Shown here: piece after piece, positions 57,503-64,000 of the stretch | Layout of the letters: each line of letters starts with the position of its first letter | How positions within the stretch are numbered: position 1 is the first letter of the stretch | From: an uncultured virus (IMG/VR IMGVR_UViG_3300037067_000914) | Lineage: Duplodnaviria; Heunggongvirae; Uroviricota; Caudoviricetes | IMG/VR virus record: IMGVR_UViG_3300037067_000914 | DNA length: 64,000 bases | Reading direction: 5' to 3' (one strand) | Notes under the pieces: model-generated | Databases searched by the model: none | Told to the model about the DNA's origin: nothing | What the model saw: only the letters and a program-made list of their open reading frames with translations | Program-made: the position numbers and the translations under genes

Positions 57503-57765
57503 TGGCAGAGAACTCACTTTATCAAGTAGTATACGGTACCTACAATGGTATAATACTCTATGATAACGATCGTGACATTCTTAAGGTGATGACCCCATTT
57601 GGGGGTATGGTCATAATGAATGGTATGTCAGTATGGAGAGAGCATCACTACCATTTAGAACAGTGGGCTAACCAAGTACTGGCCTCGATGAATCACCCGC
57701 CGCATAAATCGTACCAAACCGCGGATCAGGTAGGAAAACAACTGGAATTGGACCTAAATGTTTGA
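57499..57765 (+). CDS. small protein with C-terminal QLELDL motif
   Basis: Ends KQLELDLNV. Confidence 0.6.
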   Translation: MMAENSLYQVVYGTYNGIILYDNDRDILKVMTPFGGMVIMNGMSVWREHHYHLEQWANQVLASMNHPPHKSYQTADQVGKQLELDLNV

Positions 57766-57774
57766 TTTTTATGA

Positions 57775-58200
57775 AATTGACAAACCCTCAAAATGCCCCT
57801 TGTTTTTATTGAAGTTACGAGTGACAAGCTGTGACAAAGTTTTTTTGACTTTGTCACTCGATAAGTGCTTGTTTTTACAAGGGCCAGTGACGCGGTGACG
57901 CATTTTCATGTTATTAATTAAATGTGTGTGATGTTTATATATATACCTATACGCGCTCTTATGCAACCAACGTTGCAAAAACTTTGTCACTGTCACAAAA
58001 GATCACCGGAAACCATAAAAATCAACAACTTACAACGAAGAAAACTTTGTCACTACTTTGTCACTGATGGCCGAAAACCACTTGAAAAAGACCCAAAATC
58101 AGGCAAAAATTGCCTAGTGACGCGAGTGACGGGGGTTTTGAAAAGTTAAAAAATAGGTTTGAAAAAGGCGTGTCACTTTGTCACACCGGCAAAATTTGCC
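57775..58200. repeat. putative replication origin with GTGAC/GTCAC iterons
   Basis: About a dozen GTGAC/GTCAC copies in both orientations, an AT-rich core, and IHF-like AATCAACAACTTA at 58020. Confidence 0.65.
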
Positions 58201-58294
58201 TACTTAGAAAGGAGGTGCTGTGAAAAAGGGCAGTAAGAAGCCGAAAGGTAAGAAAAGAACTGGTTGTTAACTAATCACAAACGGAGGTAAAAGT

Positions 58295-59005
58295 ATGGGT
58301 GTAGGACTACTTAAGACGTTCTCAGGTGGTATGCTGGACAATGTTGTGGCGGAGATTAAGACGGCGAAGTACGCCGAATGGGAGTACCCCAACTCTACCC
58401 AGGGTCCGGTTCCGTGCGCTCTCATCGGGTTTCTCCCCGAGGACTCTGAGGACGTGAAAGAAGAAGCGTATACTCTTGGTGGTACGGTGGATAACTGGCG
58501 AATCTCCGCCGATGGGAAGACAGTGGATAGTCTCCGTACCAAGGAAGGTAAGGAAGCTGCGTTCAGTGAGAAGTCTAAATGGGGCAGGTTCGTAAAGGCT
58601 CTATCCAAGTGTCTTGTCGAACAGAAGCTTCCCACTGACTGGGCTACGGACGATATCACCAGCCTTATCGGACTTAAGGTTAACCTTGTACAGGTCGAGT
58701 CAGGGGGTAAGGGTACAGGTAAGGGAGAAGTGCGTACCATGGCTGTGCCTGACGAGGTGATTTCCCTCCCCGGTAAGGGAGCAACGGCTACATCCAGCGC
58801 CAATTCTGGTCTGGAAGCAAAGGCCGTGGCTATTATTACCGACATCATCGGGGATAGTGGTGCGCCTAGGTCGTCCCTGGCTACCAAAATCTTTACCATG
58901 ATGAAGTCTGACCCTGACAAAAATGGAGTTGCAGGTCTCATTACTAAAGATGCCTTCATGAATAAGAACTTCAATATTCTTGGCGGCATTGTGTACAAGA
59001 AGTAG
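58295..59005 (+). CDS. hypothetical replication protein, possibly SSB-like
   Basis: RBS GGAGGT; beta-rich N-terminal half; next to the origin candidate. Confidence 0.5.
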   Translation: MGVGLLKTFSGGMLDNVVAEIKTAKYAEWEYPNSTQGPVPCALIGFLPEDSEDVKEEAYTLGGTVDNWRISADGKTVDSLRTKEGKEAAFSEKSKWGRFVKALSKCLVEQKLPTDWATDDITSLIGLKVNLVQVESGGKGTGKGEVRTMAVPDEVISLPGKGATATSSANSGLEAKAVAIITDIIGDSGAPRSSLATKIFTMMKSDPDKNGVAGLITKDAFMNKNFNILGGIVYKK

Positions 59006-59067
59006 TGTAGATAGTCGCCCCTAAACCGTGGGGAAATCCCGGATCGAGGACTCTACGGGTGGGGCGG

Positions 59068-59139
59068 TGCGTGGTGGTGCAAGCAGACACAGGCCCACAA
59101 AGCTGAAGAGTGCAGGTTCAAGCCCTGCCCACGCACCCA
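59068..59139 (+). ncRNA. degenerate tRNA-like element with encoded CCA
   Basis: Acceptor TGCGTGG/CCACGCA-C-CCA; T-arm GCAGG-TTCAAGC-CCTGC; weak anticodon arm. Confidence 0.5.
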
Positions 59140-59178
59140 CTTTCATGCTCCCCAGTACGCTTAATAAAGGATAATAGT

Positions 59179-59325
59179 ATGGACGATAAGTGCGTATGGA
59201 GACCATTTATTAAGTTTGGAATACCTTGTTGGCTAACATATTGTGGGCATAAGTACGCAGTTCATCCAAAAGACTTAAACCAGTGTATGGGATGTGGCAA
59301 GCCGATAGAGGTGGTAAATAAATGA
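59179..59325 (+). CDS. small zinc-ribbon protein
   Basis: W.TYCG...CMGCGKPIEV. Confidence 0.55.
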   Translation: MDDKCVWRPFIKFGIPCWLTYCGHKYAVHPKDLNQCMGCGKPIEVVNK

Positions 59326-59447
59326 GCCTGTGCGCGGCGGGGCTTGGCATCGGCTGACTCTATGGAGATATATGTCCATAGTAGGACTGAAAATCCTATC
59401 AAGGGTTGCACCCGCGAAAGCGTATCAGCGACCCCGCGCACGGCTCA
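59323..59447 (+). repeat. closed-stem intergenic element, copy 1
   Basis: TGAGCCTGTGCGCGG ... CCGCGCACGGCTCA. Confidence 0.65.
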
Positions 59448-59469
59448 GTTTAACGAAAGGAGAGGCGGG

Positions 59470-59631
59470 ATGAAGAAGCGTATAGTACCCATCAAATACA
59501 AATTTGAATGGGAAAGAGCATTTGATGCGTGGTGGGAAAAAGAGCAGGGAAAAACGATGTTGCACTCAAAATATCTGGCAAGAAAGGCATGGGAAGCGGC
59601 ATTGGCGTATAAATTCAAGATGGACAATTAA
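59470..59631 (+). CDS. hypothetical protein
   Basis: RBS AAGGAGAGG; FDAWW...AWEAA. Confidence 0.55.
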   Translation: MKKRIVPIKYKFEWERAFDAWWEKEQGKTMLHSKYLARKAWEAALAYKFKMDN

Positions 59632-59652
59632 CCCCCGAAAGGACGGTGGAGA

Positions 59653-60462
59653 ATGAGCAAGAAGGAACGAGAAATTTATTCTTGGTTGATATTTATCGCT
59701 GTGTTAGTGTTTCTGGCGTGGCCCTTTGTTGTTCACGGCCAGACCTTCACCAAGCCGGACAACGTGCCGAGCGTCACGGTCTACTGGTCGCACGATAACC
59801 AGTCCGGCGAACCAATCACGTTCAGACTGTACGCCAACGGGACTGTTATCTGGAGCGGAGGACAGAAGGAAACGACCCTTGCCCGTTCCGTATTCGCCGT
59901 GGACAATCTCTTATACGTCACGGCCCTTGACAGCGTCCCAAATGAGTCCGAACCGTCACCGACAATAGCCCTGACGTTCACGCCTGTCGAGGAACCGCCG
60001 GACATTCCCGCTGAATACGACACTTTCCCGCTGACTTTCAGCCGGACAAACCTGGAAGGATGGACACGGTACGGAAACGTGATTGTCGTAACCGGTACGG
60101 ACGGAGGCGTACAGTTGTTCGGGAAATATTCCAGTAACACAAACAACGTTGCAATGATTTCTGGGAGCGTGGTTTCGGAGAAAGCACAGGACGTCAAGGT
60201 GATCGTTTCTGCAAAAACCAGATACAACGACCCGCTCGAAACCATGCACTTCAGCGTCCAGAATCCAGAGAAATCCGTTCAGCTTAACAGTAGGTCGGCG
60301 TGGACGGACTATTCTGTCGGCATATTCCATCTTGAACAAGGATTGAATATCCTTCAGGTGCGGTCATATAACACGGAATTTCTTGTCCGTTCGGTGTCAT
60401 TGGTTCCGGTGGATGCAGATGTGACGGCTCCGCTTGCTCCGGGTGGATTGGGCGTAAGGTAA
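59653..60462 (+). CDS. exported protein with fibronectin-III-like and carbohydrate-binding-like domains
   Basis: N-terminal TM/signal segment; YVTALDSVPNESEPS; LEQGLNILQV; DVTAPLAPGGL. Confidence 0.6.
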   Translation: MSKKEREIYSWLIFIAVLVFLAWPFVVHGQTFTKPDNVPSVTVYWSHDNQSGEPITFRLYANGTVIWSGGQKETTLARSVFAVDNLLYVTALDSVPNESEPSPTIALTFTPVEEPPDIPAEYDTFPLTFSRTNLEGWTRYGNVIVVTGTDGGVQLFGKYSSNTNNVAMISGSVVSEKAQDVKVIVSAKTRYNDPLETMHFSVQNPEKSVQLNSRSAWTDYSVGIFHLEQGLNILQVRSYNTEFLVRSVSLVPVDADVTAPLAPGGLGVR

Positions 60463-60468
60463 AATAAC

Positions 60469-60538
60469 GAGCGGCGCGGCCTCTTGCGGAGGATTGACTG
60501 CGTACAATGCCGGTTCCGAATCCGGCCCGCGCCCGCTC
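60469..60538 (+). repeat. closed-stem intergenic element, copy 2 (cloverleaf)
   Basis: GAGCGGCGCGG ... CCGCGCCCGCTC with three internal arms. Confidence 0.65.
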
Positions 60539-60559
60539 ATTTAACTGATCGAAAGGAGA

Positions 60560-60742
60560 ATGGAGATGCACCCACAGGTTGAAAATGAATTGCGTGAACT
60601 CGAAGAACTTTCAAGGCCAATAATGAAGTGGCTCAATGAAAATTTTCATCCTCATGTCACGGTAATTATCGACCCCACAAGAGCGCAGTTGGTAGAGGGC
60701 CGATGTTCAACCGGAGAAATCACGGATTACGTCAAGGATTAA
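60560..60742 (+). CDS. hypothetical protein
   Basis: RBS AAGGAG; RPIMKWLNENFHPH. Confidence 0.65.
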   Translation: MEMHPQVENELRELEELSRPIMKWLNENFHPHVTVIIDPTRAQLVEGRCSTGEITDYVKD

Positions 60743-60751
60743 CCGACTACG

Positions 60752-60861
60752 GAGCGGCGGCGGGAAGGTAAAGACTGCAACGGCGGCACTCGGCAACCAT
60801 TACGTTCTCACCCGAGTAAATGCGTCGGTATAGAGATAACCCGACACATCCCGCCCCGCTC
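60752..60861 (+). repeat. closed-stem intergenic element, copy 3
   Basis: GAGCGGCGGCGGGA ... TCCCGCCCCGCTC. Confidence 0.6.
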
Positions 60862-60879
60862 ATTTAAAGGAGGACAGTC

Positions 60880-61074
60880 ATGGAAGACGACGAGGATATT
60901 TGCGGATTCTGCGGATTACCGGGAGCCGACAAGATTCCGGCTCCAATGAGATGGCCCGGCGAAGATTCAGCAGGAACGCCTTACGTCCATGCGGCTTGCG
61001 AAGACGCAGAATGTAGACGCGCCCATTCATTGCTTTCCGACAAACAGAGAAGCGACTTTCTGCGGAATATTTAA
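60880..61074 (+). CDS. hypothetical protein
   Basis: RBS AAGGAGG; CGFCG...HAAC. Confidence 0.6.
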   Translation: MEDDEDICGFCGLPGADKIPAPMRWPGEDSAGTPYVHAACEDAECRRAHSLLSDKQRSDFLRNI

Positions 61075-61254
61075 CCGGAGGACTTATGAACACGAAGGAA
61101 ACTCCCGGCTTGATAACGCTGACGGAGGAGAGGCTGAGGGGTGTTATCGTGCAAGCATATCATGATGGGTTTGATGTCGGTAGGTGGAGCGATGACATGG
61201 AAAGTTACCCATACGCCTCCCGCATCATCGAGGCGTTGAAGAAGGAGGGATGAT

Positions 61255-61479
61255 ATGTATACAGTAGTTGGCCATTGTCCTAAATGCGGATCACCGATTC
61301 ATGCCCCAACTATTTGGCATGGTACGACTCCACCGCCAAGTACATACTCGTGCCTTTGCTTTGCATCTCAAGGAGTCGTAATAACTAACGCTACGCATAT
61401 CACGACAAATTCCCCCGCCTCGTCAGAGGGAGAGGGGGAGACGAAGCAGACCAACCCTCCATTTGAGGCAGGCGTATGA
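61255..61479 (+). CDS. hypothetical zinc-ribbon protein
   Basis: RBS AAGGAGG; CPKCGSP. Confidence 0.55.
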   Translation: MYTVVGHCPKCGSPIHAPTIWHGTTPPPSTYSCLCFASQGVVITNATHITTNSPASSEGEGETKQTNPPFEAGV

Positions 61480-61661
61480 GGGACATCGAAGAAATAAACA
61501 TTGAGATTATTAAAATTCGTGGCAGGATTGATGTTGATAAGATAAAACTCGACGGGACTGAAGTGATCAACGACAAGAGGGTTTTATTGGAGCGCATTAA
61601 TGATCAGTTATGCAAAATGGAGGCCCTCTATTGGGTGCTTGGTTCGGAGTGGCTTCCATGA
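61476..61661 (+). CDS. hypothetical protein
   Basis: ATGA coupling; ALYWVLG. Confidence 0.55.
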   Translation: MRDIEEINIEIIKIRGRIDVDKIKLDGTEVINDKRVLLERINDQLCKMEALYWVLGSEWLP

Positions 61662-61806
61662 CCCCGCCGAAATGCAAATGCGGACATGCAGAAAAGTTCC
61701 ATACGGAACGGTTTGGGTGTTGGGTTGGTTTTCACGAAGAAATACCGGGCGAACCGTGTATTTGTAGAGAATACCGCCCCGTAAAACCGAAGCGAAAGGC
61801 CGGTAA

Positions 61807-62046
61807 ATGAAAACACCGTTCATAGGATTTTCAAACAAAACGCTTTCGGCACAGGATACGGCAAGGAAAGGCGATTTAATAACTTGTCCACAATGCGGAC
61901 AGAAACATCCGCTTGAATGCGGAACATCTAACGGGAAAGAATCGGACTTGATAATGTTTTACAAATGCGGGACAGGATTATACATGGGTGCGCTTGCCGG
62001 TCGCTTAACTATTGGCGTTAAATCAGACGTTCAGGGGGAAATGTGA
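61807..62046 (+). CDS. hypothetical zinc-ribbon protein
   Basis: CPQCG. Confidence 0.55.
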   Translation: MKTPFIGFSNKTLSAQDTARKGDLITCPQCGQKHPLECGTSNGKESDLIMFYKCGTGLYMGALAGRLTIGVKSDVQGEM

Positions 62047-62703
62047 AAATCATCCGCAAGCACTACGTCCGCAACGGCAAGAGGGTTTGATTTCAGCAAA
62101 AGCATTTCCCGTAATGATTTCAGAAACGCGGACGATATAATCAGGATGTTACTGAAACATAAATTAAAATGGTTTAGGATAGGCACGATGGGTGATCCGT
62201 GCCACGATTGGGATTTAACTCTGAGAATATGCAGAGAACTTCACGAAATAAGAATCCCCGTTATTGTCACTAAGCATTGGGCGCAGATACCAAGCGATAA
62301 AATAAAAGAGTTAATAAAATATAACGTTATAGTAAACACTTCAATAAGTCCGTTAGATGATAAATTCGAACTAAAATACAGGCTAAACGAATTTTTAAAG
62401 CTAAAAATATTAGGCGTAAAAAGCGTATTGAGAATTGTGTCTTGTAAGTTTGGCGAAACATATAACGGATTAAAACTTAAAGAAATTCAAGAAGATTTAT
62501 TTAGAAACTATCCAACAATAGATAACCCACTTAGAATATCAAAAAATAATCATCTTGTTTTAGACGGTGACGTATTGGTGGAAAAAAGAAAAGATTTAAA
62601 TAGTTTCGTTAATGTGTCTATGTATAACGACAAAACGTATATTGGGCATTGCGATAAATGCCCCGATCAATGTGGGGTTAATTTTTATAAGGAGGCCGTA
62701 TGA
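62047..62703 (+). pseudogene. N-terminally truncated radical-SAM-like (spore photoproduct lyase-like) ORF
   Basis: FRIGTMGDP, VIVTKHW, NTSIS; no CxxxCxxC; frame open only back to the stop at 62044-62046; AT-rich. Confidence 0.45.
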
Positions 62704-63026
62704 ACTGGTACATTAAGGGATTAAGAAGTCAACTGGATGTTTGGTCTTACGTCCATTTCTTTGGCACGTACACGCTGGCAGACGTTACCGGAAGGTGGTG
62801 GCTTGCCGTGGGTGCGGCCCTGCTGTGGGAGGGTCTGGACGTTGCTTGGGCTTGGTACGTACACGGAAGCGGAGAGTTCAAGGCCGTGCGGTCGAACGTT
62901 ACCGGAGAGTTTTACCTTGAGCCGCATTTTCTGGACAAGGTTTTCGACAGGCGCGGGTTTTCATGGGTTGACCTTGCTCTTGGCTGTCTGGCGGTTGGAT
63001 TTTGGGTACTCGTAAATACTGCTTGA
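62700..63026 (+). CDS. membrane protein
   Basis: RBS AAGGAGG; D.WS..HFF...WE..D...FSWVDL. Confidence 0.6.
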   Translation: MNWYIKGLRSQLDVWSYVHFFGTYTLADVTGRWWLAVGAALLWEGLDVAWAWYVHGSGEFKAVRSNVTGEFYLEPHFLDKVFDRRGFSWVDLALGCLAVGFWVLVNTA

Positions 63027-63583
63027 CTTTACCGGTATTAATTTGTATATTACGGATAAGAAAAGGAGGGCTTATGGCTTGGGTTAATTGTTTCTTCGTC
63101 ACGGTTGGGGTTGCGGTTGTCTGCTTGGTCATGCTGATTGTCCCGATGGCTATTCTGGCCGGTGCTTTGTCTAAGTGGACACCGAGGAAGGGCGCATGAA
63201 GCAGACGTTTGAGATTGAGCATAATTGCAAAACCAAGTTTGGCATTAGCACGGANNNNNNNNNNAGCCACCGCCACCGAAATAACCGAGACCGAGCCGGA
63301 CAAAAAGGACTGCGATAATTGCGTGTTCTGTTATCCGTTAAAAAGTTATAAATGCAAAAAGTGCGTCAGCAGTTACTCCGCTAATGGTAAGTTTTCCGAA
63401 TGGTGCGGCAAGCCGATAGAGGTGAGCGATGGAAAGTAAAGGGTATCTCTGCCTTGATTGCAAGCGAGGTTTGTCGGTTTTCCAGGTATTCTTTACGTGC
63501 TATGTCAGGTGTAATAAGTTTTCTATACCGCCAACCGAAAAGCCTTCCCATTTTAAGCCAATCGAAACCGAGGAGGAAAAGAA

Positions 63584-63796
63584 ATGAGCGTTACTATTTT
63601 GGAAGCCTTGCAAAACGCAGACAGAAACATTAACAATCCGAAGCTTGCTTCGTTGGGTCTAATTTTAGGGAAAGACCAACTCCATAATGCCGTCACGCTT
63701 CTCGACAAAGGGTATGACCTTTACGATGACGTTGATCCGCTACTCGATGAATACGGTACAGTCGAGAATGTTCCAGAAAATAGTAATTCTAAATAA
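63584..63796 (+). CDS. hypothetical protein
   Basis: RBS GAGGAGG. Confidence 0.6.
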   Translation: MSVTILEALQNADRNINNPKLASLGLILGKDQLHNAVTLLDKGYDLYDDVDPLLDEYGTVENVPENSNSK

Positions 63797-63797
63797 A

Positions 63798-63919
63798 TGA
63801 GTCCGTGCGCGGCGGCGTGGAAGGGGACACGCAACCGTCCTCCGGGTTAGCAGGGAAACAGGAATAACGGAGACCTGTCCTGCCCAAGTCGGTATCAAGC
63901 CTGACCCGCGCACGGCTCA
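63798..63919 (+). repeat. closed-stem intergenic element, copy 4
   Basis: TGAGTCCGTGCGCGG ... CCGCGCACGGCTCA. Confidence 0.65.
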
Positions 63920-64000
63920 TATTAAACGAAAGGACGGGAGAGCATGAAGAGATTGAAAGACAGATTGAACTTGTCGCAAGACTAAACGTAGAGGCAGAAG

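Noticed and set aside
57769..58149. ORFs across the iteron region
   Set aside because: The translations simply reflect the GTGAC/GTCAC repeats.
63196..63439. Gene spanning the N run
   Set aside because: The 10-N scaffold gap has unknown true length, so frame and continuity cannot be trusted.

Overview
This window is most or all of a roughly 64 kb tailed dsDNA phage genome with a podovirus-like layout. No integrase was seen, and there is one 10-N assembly gap at 63255-63264. (1) 1-11.1 kb, + strand: replication and recombination genes, including a PD-(D/E)xK exonuclease, AAA ATPase, Lar-like protein, ERCC4 nuclease, metallophosphoesterase, a UDG-fused family A DNA polymerase with a 301-aa intein, and a DUF5664-like protein. 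Six tRNAs follow. (2) 12-43.3 kb, - strand: the virion operon, with terminase subunits, portal, scaffold, major capsid, two glycosyltransferases, tail proteins, lysis genes and ejection proteins, including a 2169-aa polyvalent-type protein. (3) 43.3-45.1 kb: a divergent control or genome-end region with five sigma-54-type promoter motifs. (4) 45-59 kb, + strand: early and accessory genes, an amidoligase plus class II GATase, a D5/P4-type helicase and an iteron-rich origin candidate. (5) 59.3-64 kb: a compositionally different cassette region. The most striking signal is 12-13 unrelated small proteins that each carry a terminal QL[D/E]LF peptide, the consensus bacterial sliding-clamp binding motif. 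It is written with varied synonymous codons. One copy is N-terminal in an ORF absent from the ORF track, and another is reachable only in the -1 frame. The same region holds two large structured intergenic RNA candidates and several tRNA-like or closed-stem elements between genes. All calls come from motif recognition by eye; no searches were run.
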